A DNA stretch of 64,000 nt from Psammoneis japonica. Lineage: Eukaryota. Below the pieces are notes generated by a model, which searched no databases, was not told where the DNA came from, and was given only the letters and a program-made list of their open reading frames with translations. Below, piece by piece: positions 1 to 13,329 of this stretch; positions within the stretch are counted from its first letter, which is position 1, and every line of letters starts with the position of its first letter. The position numbers were made by a program, and so were the translations under genes. The stretch spans positions 62,001-126,000 of the forward strand of contig QPGO01000049.1 of the NCBI GenBank assembly GCA_008632985.1, written 5' to 3'.

Positions 1-2160
1 TCAAACAGCAGGAGCACGTTGGAAATCCAGCACCACCTCGGTCAGGCAGCACAAGGAACTCCAAGAGATTGTCGGAGCTCAAGAACACAGATGATGTGCA
101 ACACCTGCACATGCCAGCATCAAAGAGAAGTGGCTTAACAAACATGGTGCATCACTCCTGCTCTGGGCACTCTGCTTTTTTCACATTCTTTGCTTCAAAT
201 TTTGGCCATTCAACCACCGGACTTGAGCAAATCTCTGCAGGTGGAGATTTGCTTGCTTGTGCTGCAAATGCAAAAAACAAAATGTTCTCAGACATGGACA
301 ACAAAAAATTTGCACAATTTTGTTTTGGAGTGCACATTTGCCGAAAGCTCTGAGGGGCCATTCTTGCAATTTAGAAAGTTCAGCATCGACTTTTAACACC
401 AGGTCTTTTGCACATTTCATCTGTCAATGGAGAGGAGCTAAATCTCAACCTTCAACAATGAAATTTATGATGAGTTGCTGTCACAACAGAGAACTGAGTG
501 CCACACCCTTGGAGCAAACTTGCAACGAGCAAATGCGTGTGGCACATTTTGTGCAGATTGTGCATGATGTGACATTTTTACACTGCGCACATTGTGCTCA
601 CATGCAAATGCATGACACACCACAATTCCTTGAGCCCTGTGGTGGTTGAAGGGTTAAAACATGTGTGTGGTTGAGAAAATGCAGGAAGCAAAACAGAGTG
701 CTCCTTTCCCCTCTGTGTCAAAAATCTTCTCTGCTCAGCAGTGCACAAGTGGGCACAGAAAGAGAAGACCAAAAAGCAACCATGGGCATCCAAAGAAAAC
801 ACAGAGGGTGACATGCCAGGAGCTTCAAACTTCAAACACAGGCAGGAGGAGTGGCCAGACAATAAAAAGAGTTGAGCTCCCAGTTGTGTGCATGCAGTGC
901 AGAAGCAGCGCTGGTCTCCAAGCAGATTTTGATCAAAGCAGCACATGTGTCATGAAGTGCAAACCCAACTGCACAATGACTTTCATGCACACACAGGCAA
1001 AAAGCAGTGACAGAAAAAAATTGCTGAATTGCAAAGCAACAAATTGCCAAGAAAGAGACACTCCAGTTGTGAGAGCACAGCATTGACTTGGCAATCAGGG
1101 GCAAAACACAGGAGACAGCAATGTTGCCAGCTCCAAACAACAATCATCGTGTGTTTTGTGCCAAACATCAGAGGCAACATCAGCTGCTGCTGGCTCTCTG
1201 TGGTCAGTTGACTTGGGGGGTGCCAAGGTGAGCACAAACAAAGAAGCTGTGGTCATTGTGACAGCTTTCACAGGAAGCAGCAGGGTCGACATCTTGGAGC
1301 TCACAAAAAATCCACACATGGTTGGGCTCCAGGTTGTCAATCTTTGACAATCAGCACCATGCTCAAGGACCCACTTTTTTTTTGTCCTTTGCAACACGCA
1401 CACACCCCTGCATTTTTTTTGAGTCAAGGAAGTTGACGTCTTTGGCCTGTTTGCTGCCAGAGGATTCTTGCCACAGGCTTCAGTGCACCTCACATGGGAG
1501 TTTGTGTGAGATCTTGCATGGCACCACCCATCTTCCTGTGAAGGCACAGATCTCTCTCACTTCCTTTTTTTTGCAAAGCTGCCAACCTTGCGCAAAGCTG
1601 CGGGAGCGCCCCCTCCGGCATTGATTTGATGTTGCGCCACCCCAAATTGACAAAAACAAGAAATCACGTTGAAGCCATCTGTTGCTTTGAAGTCAGCACT
1701 TGCCTGTGTGAGCACTTTTGTTGCAAAGAGCAACCACCACCTTTGCTGTGTGCTGGTGTGTTCTCTCTTGCTTGCTGAAACAAAGAAAAAAACATTCTTT
1801 GTTGATGGCAAAGACTGGTGCAATGGGTTTTTGCAAGTTTGAGAGATCATCTCAGGGGATGATGAGAGAATTTGGAAGTTGTTGGCATTGCTGGTGAGCT
1901 GAAAAAGGGCAAGGATGGAAGAAAGAATTGCGCCATCGATGCGGTGCTGCTGCTGTGTGCACACAAGAAGTTGCCATGAGCACCAAGGTCAGCTGCTCAC
2001 ATTTTGTTCCTGCAGATGTCATTGCCACATCTCTGCAGGTTTCTCTGACACTGCTTCCTTTGAAGCTGCGTCATGGGTCGAGCTCGACAATGACAGGACT
2101 GTCTTGATTGATGCGCATGCACCTCCACTGCTTTCTCCCATTGAGCACATCAACCACTGA
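1..2160. mobile_element. Degenerate TpA/CpG-depleted repeat-like block, unclassified (runs off window start)
   Basis: Only about ten TA dinucleotides by eye, mostly in TTA/TAA context. CpG is scarce and TG/CA abundant. Many overlapping Cys/His-rich ORFs with no recognisable domain. TE origin is inferred from compositional similarity to the recognisable elements at 45.8-60 kb. Confidence 0.5.
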
Positions 2161-2427
2161 CAAACTTTAAGTCAGGACAAACTCCGAAGTCTTTGGCATC
2201 GGCAACAACACATAAGCCCCACAAGTAACAATGACCCGCATGGTTTTAGTATGACTCCTGATTTCAAGTCAGCACATGACACAAAAATCAATAATGATGA
2301 AGCGACTAGCACTATGCGAAATGAAAGAGTTGTGTGAGCAACCGCCACAAGCTTATCGATGATGCACTGTAGCTAGTTAGAAAGGAGGGATATTCTGTAA
2401 CTGCGATTTGAATCAAATCACGCCAAA

Positions 2428-5400
2428 ATGGTTTTGAAAATCGGCAGGCTTATTCTGCTCGCTAGTGCGTTTATTGGAAGAGCTAAGGGGGAAAACAGCA
2501 TTGCTGTATGGCTGACGACACGACAGCACCAAAATATGCGCAGTGGGAAGGAGGGAAGTTCTCATCACCGAAAAGCATGGATGAAATAGGCACAAGATGG
2601 CAAAAAATACGAGGCGCCTACGCGCCGACGAGAGACGAGGTTATTGTTGTTGGCTTGACTCTAGAGATGCAGATAAATGCCCAAATGTATAAGAACGGTA
2701 TATGGGAGTCCCTCCCGTTTTCACCACTTGGTGTCAGTCCTTGGGATCCCAGTACGTATGTGTCATTTGATGTCCAGTATGAGTCACAGAGTGGGAGAGC
2801 TCTTTTGGTGTGGCAAAGTATAAATGATGACTTCATTTCCTATCGTATTTGGAATGGCTCCTTCTGGAGCTCTGAGCTTAGGACTTTTCTGCCGAGAGGT
2901 AAACGTGACAAAAGGTATCAGTTGAAGCTTGTGCCAAGTCCAGACAAGAATGAAATGGTTTTGATTGTTGGTGTGGAACCCTCGTCCGATTGTGTGCTGA
3001 TCTGGAACGGTAACCGGTGGGGGAATTTTTTGGATTTAGTGAACACCTTCATGCATTATGGTGTAAAAGTAGATGCAGCCTACGAGCAGCTGCGAGGTCG
3101 AGCCATTGTGGTTTATTCAAAAGCTTCAAGTAGTCCAAAATATCGAATATGGGATGGGTCGAGATCAAGATGGAGTGAAGAGGAAACTATAATCCAGCCG
3201 GACGATGTCGATGCTAAGATAAGACTCCTGTACATCGCATCAGATCCATCAAGTAATCGGGCGTGTATTGCAGTTATAACTCACTCTCCTTGGGCATTCT
3301 GGCTTGGAATATGGGATGGCCAGAGCAAGTGGAGGTCAATAACCACTGCAGCAGCTTCGTCCAATACCCAGAAGTCTGTCGGTCTTGACGTTGCATTTGA
3401 AGGTCTATCTGGTGTTGCTGTCGCGGCGTATGTGCAAAATGACGATACGGTCCGCTATCGAACGTGGTCATCGTCTTGGTCTTCCGAGCGAATGGGACCG
3501 AAAACGGAAGCGAAACCCAGATTTGTGAAGCTATACAGTTCCACCAATAGCAACAAGGTCATGCTTGCCGTGCAGGATGCTGCCTACGACGCGAGCTTCT
3601 GTCAATGGGAGGGGAATACAAAGGGATGGGGCAGCGTTCATCAGACTTCCAACAACCGAGTCCCTATTGGAACAACCAACAAGGTTCAACTGTTTAACTT
3701 GTTCTTGTGGAATCCGAGGGAGAGAACTTCTTCACCGTCGCCAACAGCCCTGCCTACTCCATATCCCACCGAGACACCAACGAGGCGTCCTACAAGAGAG
3801 CCAACAAAACCACCATCCCCCATCCCAACAAGAAATGCAACAGCGGTACCTTCGAGAGCCCCAACGAGAACTCCCACAAAACCTCCTACGAAGTCACCAA
3901 CAGCGCTGCCTACTGCTTATCCCACCGAGACGCCAACGCGGCGTCCTACAAGAATGCCAACAAACCCGCCATCCCCCATCCCGACAAGAAATCCGACAGA
4001 GTTACCTTCGAGAGTCCCAACAAGAGCTCCCACGAAACCAGCTACAGAATCGCCAACAGCGCGGCCTACTCCTTATCCCACCGAGACGCCAACGCGGCGT
4101 CCTACAACAAAGCCAACAATGGGACCTTCAAGGGCCCCAACGGGAGCTCCCACTCCCACGAAGCCTCCTACAAGATCACCAATCCTTACACAGACAAGGG
4201 GGCAAACAGAATATCCGACGCCCGTGCCTTCAAGAACAAAAACAAAGCAGCCGACCTCGATGCCTGAAACAAACATGCCGACCTCAACTCCTACCTCTCT
4301 TCCAGCATCGCCCAGACCGAAAGATTCGACACAAGGGCCAGCGGATTCGGTAACCACCATTCCCACTCCTCCTTTCGCAAGCCCAGTGACTGGAGCTCCT
4401 ACGCAAGCTGCATTGTCACCTTTTCCGTTTTTGTCGAGTGAATCGCGATTTGGAAATTCTACAATTGCTGCAACAGACGAGCTCATCAAGAATGGCCGAC
4501 CTTGCTCCATCAACAGAGACTGCATCTCCAACACATGTCGGAACGGAGCGTGCATGGCCTCCTCGGCATGCTACCCGATCAAGCACAAGTACGGGGAAGC
4601 CTTTGACCGCAATAGGGTAAACATTGTGCTGGTCGCATCAGCATTTGATACGGTGGGATACGAAGCTTGGCAACGTAAAGCCATTTTGATATCTGAGTAC
4701 ATGAAAGAGTTCAACATGTTTTCGAATGAGGTCGAGCAGCTTAACATATTCCGCGTGGACCCAAAGAAGCTGCATCCATCATTCTGTGATTTTGGGTGTT
4801 CTGGCATTGATCGGTTGCTGTGTTGCGATGTACAATTAGCCCACATCATTGCAAGCAAATGCTTCCCGGTTGGCTCGAACTTACAGACTATAGTGATACA
4901 TAATGACCAGCGCTATGGAGGTGCAGGGTATACAAAAGCAAACGTTGCTACTGCAACAGTGCATCCAGCCGCCCCTCTAGTATTGGTACATGAGCTTGGT
5001 CACTCGCTCTTTGAATTGACTGACGAGTATTCGTATGGAGATGGAACTGGACGTGAAGCTAATTGCGACAGTGGGTCGTGTGAGAAATGGTCGGATCTCA
5101 TGATAAGAAAGAACAGACCACAAGGTTATGAAAGAGTGCAATGCATCCCTGGATGTGAGAAAAATAACTTTTTTGTCTCAGGGAAAACCTTCATGAATGA
5201 CTTGACGTATCCCGTCGGAGCTGTGAATGTGCGATTCAGTTGCTGCACTTATTTGACTTTGACGAAAAGCCTCCCATCCTACTGCCAGGTTTTTGACCTG
5301 TCTCCAAACTACCTATTCAATTATTGCAAAAACAACGACTATCAAAAATACGGCAAATCAAGCTATGAAAGCGAGGAGGTTCTTGCTATTCCGGGTTTTA

Positions 5401-5828
5401 CAACCAATGACAAGTCCGACTCTAGCTACATGAGAGTGGTAGATCCAGTGTTGGTTACCATTATTCTCAAAACGAAGCGCTCGGGTGTGACGGTATTCCG
5501 AACAAGAACGTCTCAACTAGAGACTGGAATGTTCCCTAAATCTCAGGTAGTAGGCGACTTTGCTAACGCAAGATCTGCAACGGAACAAGGTTTGGATTCT
5601 TTGTTGAAGGTAGTGGTACTATACTCTTCAGGAAAAGAGACTCTATTCTTTTCAAGAAATGTTACAATCGAAATTCCGTTGCCCAATCCGAATGATTCAG
5701 ATTTAGACTTACACAAAGACGAGGTGCCGCTCAGAGTTTCAAAGGAATCCGAAGCTCTTGAACTTGTGTTGGATACCAAAGGGAGGAACATCAAAAAGAT
5801 TCGAGCAAAGCTTATCGATGCAAGGTAA
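2428..5828 (+). CDS. Secreted zinc metallopeptidase, peptidase M64 (IgA peptidase)-like, with N-terminal W-x-G beta-repeat region and Pro/Thr-rich linker; 1-nt frameshift near 2510
   Basis: ORF 2508-5828 has NDQRYGGAG...LVHELGHSLFELTDEY (HExxH with upstream GGAG and downstream DEY, M64-like) and repeated YRIWNG/YRIWDG units. ATG 2428 encodes a signal peptide (MVLKIGRLILLASAFIGRAKG) one base out of frame with the ORF. Confidence 0.75.
3738..4190 (+). repeat. Coding tandem repeat, about 3 copies of a 156-bp (52-aa) Pro/Thr-rich unit
   Basis: SPTA(L/R)PT(P/A)YPTETPTRRPT units start near 3738, 3894 and 4050. Confidence 0.85.
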
Positions 5829-6044
5829 CACAATTATTGGAAGTAGTCGTAGACTGTAGAATGGATGAAATTTTGTGTTCGTTGGCATTACCAATAAGGC
5901 AATTGATTCTACTCTCTAGAGTGTGCACTCCAGCGTTGGTGGTGGGGTCTCTGTTTACATGTATGAAAGACGGAGCTCGAGAACAAGGGCGACGCCGGAC
6001 AACTCAACAATTGGGACGACAACCAGGGCATTGTCTCCATTAGT

Positions 6045-9000
6045 CCACAACATGGAAAAACCCTGACTGGTGGCAGCGACGCGTGCAAGGAAAAAGCGTT
6101 TTGAATTCATTCATGTTGTTGATGCACACCAGTTCAGCCTTGTTTAGAAGGCCCAAACCCTTGACAAGGTTCCAGGCAGGGAGAAGTGGATGTGGGAGAC
6201 TGGGCAGTCAGAGCCATGACCTGCTCCCAATTTCAAACACAAAGGACACATGCAAAATTGGGCACCATTGAGCATTGAGCTTCACATTGGGGTGGAAGCT
6301 TAATTCACAGTGAGAGGCTTCTCAATGAACAAACAAGGGGAGAGGTGACAGCCCTCCCACTGGTGCTCATGAGCAGAGAGCACAAGACAAGCAACAAGAC
6401 CCACACACAACAGCTGGGGAGCCATGGCAAGAACCAAATGTTCTTGGATCAACTGAGGTGCTTTTGTGAGACATTGAACAGGAAGCTTGAGTTCTTTGCA
6501 AGAATTTGTCATGACATCATGATGCCCCCAGGTTGACCCATTCAGCCACTTTGGGAAGAAGGTCCTCCAAAGGCACCTTTCTGCACTTTGAGCTGCTGGC
6601 TCACTGGAAGCTGGCAATGAGGTCAATGGGGACATTGTCAGCAGGCCACTTGTCAACAACTCCACATTTGTTCTGAAAACATGCAGGGCATGAAGATTTC
6701 ACATGCATTTCTGGTCTGCAGAAATTGCATCAGCAGCATGGTTTTGTGGAGTTTGAAAGGACCTGCCAAGAACAAGAGTTGAGTTTGCCCTCAAAGTTGC
6801 TTTGGGAATGCACTGGAGCAGCATCCCCCACAAGAAGGGAGTGCAATGACAAAGTCCAAAGATGGCAAAAACAAATGACAAACAATGAGCCAAGTTGTCC
6901 CCATGCTGCATTTTGCATTTTGTCTGGCAAGCTCTCTTGACACCTTTCTGTCAGCCACTGTTGTGCCATGTGAGAGCTCATTTGTTGGGTTGGATGCCTG
7001 CCAACTATTTGAGAGAGCAAAACACACACCACCCATTGTCTTTGGTTGGGTTGTGTTTGTGAACAAGAGCCTTCCAAGGGAGACAAAGGAAACCACAACA
7101 TGGACACCTTCATTTCAGATTTGTCTGCAGGGGTCATGCTTGGCAACACTTTGCAGCACCAGATTTCTGATTCCACCAAGGATGACAACACTTCTGTTTT
7201 CCCTTGTTCATCGTGTGTCAAAGTGATGTGTGTCAGGTCCTCATGTGACATGCAAGATGTGTGCCACCACAAAACTGATGATCTCAGCTCAGTGCTGCAC
7301 CACATGGCAAACTGAAAACTGTGCCACAAATCCATTTTTTTGTACTTTGGTTGCTGTCCTCAAGAAGCCAAAGCATTGTCAAAACTTCTCAGAACCCATT
7401 GAGCTGCACACATGCATTGAATGCATTGCTGCCACAGAGCAGAAATTTCCTCTCTTTCCTCTCTTCTGCCACTCTTCTGAAGAAGAAAATGAAAGCAAGA
7501 GATGACATTGTTGCAGCTGGTTGTGACATGAGCATCATGGCAAAAGATGCACTTGCAATTTCTTGTGACTGCAGGAGGAGTGTTGCACAATGCCTTTGTT
7601 TGAGTGTGCAGGCACCAAGTTGTGTCTGCAAGGAATCAAGGAGAGGGGCAGGTGAGGCTCTGACAAATGCCCCGCTGTTGCTGGCTGCCCCCTGCCTCTG
7701 CTGCTTTGTCCTGTTTTCCCCCACCAGCTCAACCAGATGACTCTGGACAGAGAACACCCAATGGTTCTGCCAGGCAGGAGACTTCTTCTGCACAGTGCAA
7801 CAATCACCACTCACTGCTGCAGCTGCCAGCTGCTCATGGCACACCACCAGTCATCCTGCCACCAGCAACAAAGCAATGGCAACCTTGTTTGTTGTCTGGG
7901 TGCAAGGCCAGTTGTGTTTCAGATTTGCTGGCAACCCAATTTTGTGTGGTTTGACTTTTGTGCCAGCAACAGTTGTTTGATGTCATCATTCAAGGAGTCA
8001 ACCTTTTCCCCTTTGGTCTCTCATCTCTGAACCAGACTGTCCAAGAAATGTCCACAATGACATTCTGCACACTGGCTGACATGCTGGCAGTGGAAGCTCC
8101 AGATGATGTGCTGGTGGCACCATTCTGGGCTTTCTCTGTTGCTCCCTTGAGAGAGCCAGAGCAGTGCTGGCAACTGAACCTGGCCCAAACCACCATCCAA
8201 TTTCCCAGAACTTCAAATCAGCTTTTGGTTGTCTGTGCCAAGGACCTCACAGTGGAAGCAGGACATCACTCAACATTGTCAGCCCTGACATTCAATGTTG
8301 TGCTCAAGCTCAGCTTGTCTGCTCCCCCCCCCCCCCCCCCAGCAAGAGGGTGCTCCAATGCCCACAAACTTCAAGGCAATGACTTGCCACATCATCAGCT
8401 CATGACTGTGGAGGTGCTGCTTGCAAAGGTGAGCTGTTTTTGTCCATGCAGCAGCAGCAGCAGCCACCCTTTGCCAAGGTTTTCCCCTTGCCACCATCTG
8501 GCCCACCCTCCTCCACAGCTGGCAGCACTCCAAGAGATGAGCACTTTGACAAGGTGAGGAACCTCTTTTCAGAGCATGCTCAAGCAAGGCAAAACATGGC
8601 TGGCTTCAGCTCCAGATGGTGTGCATGTGTGCACAACCTGTCAAATGGCCCACTTCACTTTTTCTCCACAAACTCCTTCAATTTTGGTTTTTCAGGTGTC
8701 AAATTGTGCTTGATGGGTTTTTTCACCCTGGGGCTGGGACCAGCCGCATTGCTGCTGTGCCCAGCTCTGCAACCTGGCTGCTGTCCCAGCAGCTCAGATT
8801 CTGACAAAGCAAAACAAAAGGCAGCCATTTTTGTTGTGCACAACTTCTCCAACAATGGCTGGGAAGCCTGCCCAAACCCAACCTGCAAAAAGTGCAGCTA
8901 AAGTGGCTGCTCACTCCAGCAGAGGGGCCCATGATGTGAGTGAAAAAAGAGCACCAGCAAGGCCAGTCAAGTGCAGCTGCCTGCACACTTGCATGCCACC

Positions 9001-10440
9001 CAAATGTCCACATGCTGCACACAGAATGGCCTGGCCCTGTGCAACCTGTGTGTGTTGGCTGTGCAGCAGTTGCAGCAGACCAACAAAATCAACAATGATG
9101 GTTGTTTGTGCAGTTGACTTGTTGATCTGCTTGCTTTGGCAGGTGCAGCTGCATGCCACATCATCTGCCACCAGTGCCTGGACAATGGCAGTCATCATTG
9201 GTCAGTGTGCAGCACATTGCAGGGTTGTCAGGCATGCTTGTGTCTCTCAAAAAGCTGAGCTGCTGTCACAAGGCACAAAGAAAAAAGCAGGGGAAGCTCC
9301 ATTTCCTGTGGCTCCAAGGGAAAAAATGTGCACTGTCAGCACCCTCTCCTCCTCTTTTGTGGCAAGTTTTGCTGACAACAGCAGATTTCAAAGAGCCAGC
9401 TGACATTTTTGGGGGCCCGCTGGCTCTCCTGCCATCCCTGTGATGGCTTTGCTGACAGCAGCAGATCTCAAAGAGGGGGCCAGCATTTTGATGCATCTTT
9501 TTTCATCTGAAAGAATGCTTTTCTGAGTTGCTGCCAATTTCAACGCCAAAGCCAGGGTTGCATTTTGTGTGGCATCCTTTCCATGTGAGAGGTCTCATGA
9601 GAAGCACGTGCCTGCTTCTTTGGCCACAGCGCTTCTTTGGCATCAGGTGGGGGTCATCCTTTTGCTGCCATCAACTGGGCCACAATCATTTGCAAAACTT
9701 GATTGCTGTGTTTTTTGTTTCTCACTTCTGATTCGACATTGGCGATGTGGGGGGCAGCTGCTGCCAACTTTGGGCGGCTGCACTGCCTCAACTTCAAGGG
9801 TGCAGAAAGCTGCAAAGAGAGAGGTGCCATCATGCAGCCACCACAGCAGCAACAAAGTTTCCCTGCTGCAAGAAAAGATTTGCATTTTGCACTGGCTTTT
9901 TGACTCTAAAAAGGATTTTGGCATTTTTGAAAATGCTTTTTTGCACTTGGAAAAGAGCGCAGGGCTCTGCTCTCTGTGGCTGATGCTGGCTTCCCTGCAG
10001 AGTTGAGACATGCACAGGGGTGAGACACAAGCTGTTTTGTTGGAGATTTGATTTCAGATGTGCCAACATGCCAAAACTGCAACCTGCTTGAGCCAAAATG
10101 GTGCAGCTTTGAGCCAGCAACTTCTGGCAGTCGTCTGGCACCTGCTGGCCAGACTGGCTGTGCCAGCAGCTGCTTTGGGCGCAGCTTTGAACTGGGCAGC
10201 ACTTGCAACAACAAAAGGGAAGTGTCAGAGGGAGAGAGGAGAAGATTGAGAAAGATTTCTGAAGTGAAAGCAGCAAACAAAACATGGACACAGCAGGGTT
10301 TGACTTGATGGCTTGGATGTGTGACCGACCATGCCATCTCGTCCACTGTGAGTCTGTGCGTCAACCGCACCTCGAACGCTGCGCACACTGATCATGACCC
10401 CGACAAGAGGGAGGTGAAACGGGATCAGACTCAACAGCAG
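6045..10440. mobile_element. Degenerate TpA/CpG-depleted transposon-derived block, possibly including a minus-strand hAT-like DNA transposon remnant
   Basis: About six TA dinucleotides in 4.4 kb by eye. Minus-strand fragments VDPRT, DLWHS and ELVCINN weakly resemble hAT transposase motifs, so family assignment is tentative. Confidence 0.45.
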
Positions 10441-10806
10441 TCAATTTTGTGCTAACCTTAGCCCCCAATTTCTCCGACGATGACCGAGAGGGCAAAATTC
10501 TTTGTAAAAGTACGACCAGCCCCCAGATGGGGCAGGGACATCATAAATGTCTAGTCACAGAGCACGATTAGTTGCTCTCAAAACAGGAAAAAGGACGCTA
10601 TGCCCAATTTTAACAGGTCATTACAATGGAGACATATGCCCCCAGCGCTTATGAGTGTCTTGTGTACGAGTTAGTAATACATAGATCACCAGGCACCTGT
10701 CTCCAACCAAAATGACTCCCAAAAGTTTAGAGACCATCTTTTCACACATTTTTTTGTTTGTGGCTTGCATCTCCCAATATACGGTATTTTCACGAGACGT
10801 GTAATC

Positions 10807-11315
10807 ATGATCAAGTACGCTAATCTTCTCTTCATCTTCGTTGGATTAGTTTCCATTGTAGCAGCTCAAGGAGGAGGTGAGTGTAATTGTTTCCTAGTTG
10901 CATCAGAACCCTGCAACCGCACTCAAGTTACAACTTTCCTCATGGCCTTGTTACTGTGTTTCCCCTCCTTCAACATTTTGCAGTCTTTGAGTCCAATCTT
11001 CGAGGCAGAAACCTTAATACGCACGATCGATGTGCACGCTGCGCTAAGTGCTTCTTTGCAGTCGAGAAAGGAGACTCATGCCGCGGCTGCAGCAAGAGGC
11101 TGAAAGCTCACTGCACCCGAGTGATGGAAAAGGAACTTGCTGATGACGCCGATTCTGTCGAAAGTCCCGAAAGTGCTTCTACCGAAGAAGAAGCAGCTTC
11201 CACCGAAGAAGAAGAAGAATCTTCCACCGAGGAAGAAGCTTCCACCGAAGAAGAAGTTTCCACAGAAGATGCTTCTTCCGCTTCGTCTGCATCCACCGTC
11301 ATCCCGCCCCCTTAA
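10807..11315 (+). CDS. Small secreted protein with Cys-rich segment and acidic Ser/Glu tail; 2 exons (10807-10876, 10984-11315)
   Basis: Signal peptide MIKYANLLFIFVGLVSIVAAQ. Intron GTGAGT...TTGCAG at 10877-10983 joins in frame to VFESNLRGRNL. CxxCxxC/CxxC motifs and (A/S)STEEE repeats follow. Confidence 0.75.
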
Positions 11316-11662
11316 GTCATAAATCGGATGACGCCGCCTTGTCGTCATCCATGCGGTGTAATCCGAAAGTGAAAGTGCGAGAAGGTCAACCGAAGCTACT
11401 GGGGCATTCTTTTTCTGGATGATGTGTTTGTCTTGTAGAATACGTTTGATGAACTAATGAAAAAATGTCAGACGTGTCATTTGCCTAATTCCGTCCAGTC
11501 TGGAGGACCACACCTAGGATGAAATTCCTTTGTCGCTCCCGACGACGCTATTCCCCACTCTAGAGGTTGGTCTTTTTCAAAGTTAGCTTGTTGTTTGCCT
11601 GTAATGTGTACTGATCCGTCCTTCTACAGTTTGCGTTATCCATCGAAGTTCAAAACCATCAG

Positions 11663-13041
11663 CTAGGTTACTAGATCATAGTTCTCTCGTCGTCTCTTGG
11701 TCACACGACGCTTCTCCACCATTACTCCAGTCGCAAACGCCAACAGTAGGGTCAACAAGGCTACCAGGACACTGGGCAAGCAATGATTCCAGGACAACAG
11801 CCGCGTACTTTCGCCCCCGGGTGCCCCCCCATGCTGAGGCACAAAGGACGCCCGATGCTGTTCAATGCGATTGAAAAAATCCGCCACGGCATTATTCATT
11901 GTCTGGGGCTCATCAATCATGGAAACATGTGCAGACTTGAGCAAAAAGAAGCTTTCGGCCATTGGAAGCTTTTCTTTCATCGCTTCAACCACGGCCGGCC
12001 TCATGGTATCATACTTTCCATGCGTCAACAAGACAGGAACCGTGGCATTGACAAGCCTATGGGTAATGTTCAAGCTTCCCAATGTTCCTGAAATGGTAAA
12101 CTCGGAAGCACCCTGCATCCCTACATATATTTCTTCATTGGCATTAGATGATGCATCCACAAAACATTCGGGGAGCGGAGCTGTACGACAAGTGAATTTT
12201 GTTGTCAAGAGGCTGGCAATCTCTTTGTATTCCTTTGAATCATATTCTACGGTATCTTCTAAATGATGGATTCGTTCTTGAACATAGGGCGGCAGACTTC
12301 CAAGGGTACCATCATTCTGTGACCACTGAGCATCAATGTAGAGCTTTGCTTGACTGAGAGGGCCCGAAAGCACCATGGACTGCAAGCCTGAGGTATCGTT
12401 CGCATCCAGAGCAAAGTATTGCGAAAGTACCGTGCCCCAGGAGTTTGCAATAATGTGATACTTTTTCAGCCCCCAATGCCGAATCAAAATTGGTAGCTCT
12501 TCAAGTGCATAATACTCGATCGTCAATAGCCAAGGATAGTCCTTGGCGACTGAGGAATTTTGTATGGTTGGTAACGCAGATTCGCCGCATCCTGCTTGAT
12601 CATAAAAGTAGACGGGCCTACCCCGGCACGCCTGTTGTTTGAGTGGCAACATGTAATTGTGAGGCCATCCTGGACCTCCGTGGATTGCTATAATAGGAAT
12701 TCCAGATGATGCCTCTGGCAATTGGTACTTCCAGTAGCGGACCGAGATTCCCCGCACCTCTACCGATCCTTTCAAAACCTCCAAGTCGCACAAGTCGGCC
12801 GTCAAATCATCGCACTTCCAGATTGCTTTCTCCTTGAGGGATCTCCTCTGACGCAACGGAAACTTCATTACTTTCGTTTTGAAACAGAGGAGGATGCGTC
12901 CACTTTCAACTCATCACAAAAGAAGCGTGCCAACGAATAAATGTGCCGAGTGCAGCTACAAAACAACAAGCCAACCAACACCAGTAGTACAACGAGCGCC
13001 AACAACGATGAAAACAGGCAGATTTCAGATTCTCGTCCCAT
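11663..13041 (-). CDS. Proline iminopeptidase / proline-specific alpha-beta hydrolase with hydrophobic N- and C-termini; 1-nt frameshift near 12878
   Basis: HGGPG, YDQAGCGES, ANSWG nucleophile elbow, GKYD and SAHVS motifs in ORF 11663-12868. Upstream ATG 13041 encodes a hydrophobic leader (LLALVVLLVLVGLLF) one base out of frame. Confidence 0.8.
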
Positions 13042-13329
13042 TCAAAAAAAGCAAAAAGATTTGGTAAAAAGATCGCGCATTCGAAAGATCGCGCGGTCAG
13101 AAGGTTCAACGTTCGACCGTCGACCGTCGACCAACTCATTCAGCATTCTCAAATGCAAATTCAGAAAACAACAGCGCAAACAGGCAACAGCGGAGCGCAA
13201 CACCAGCAACAAGGGCTAGGTGGTATGCTTGAGCACGGCGTGTGAAGCGAGAAAAGAGCGCTCTGCCGTAACTAGAGAAACAACGAAACCCACTGCCTCA
13301 CCTGAGAAGAAGCTTGCCACTGTGTTGCC

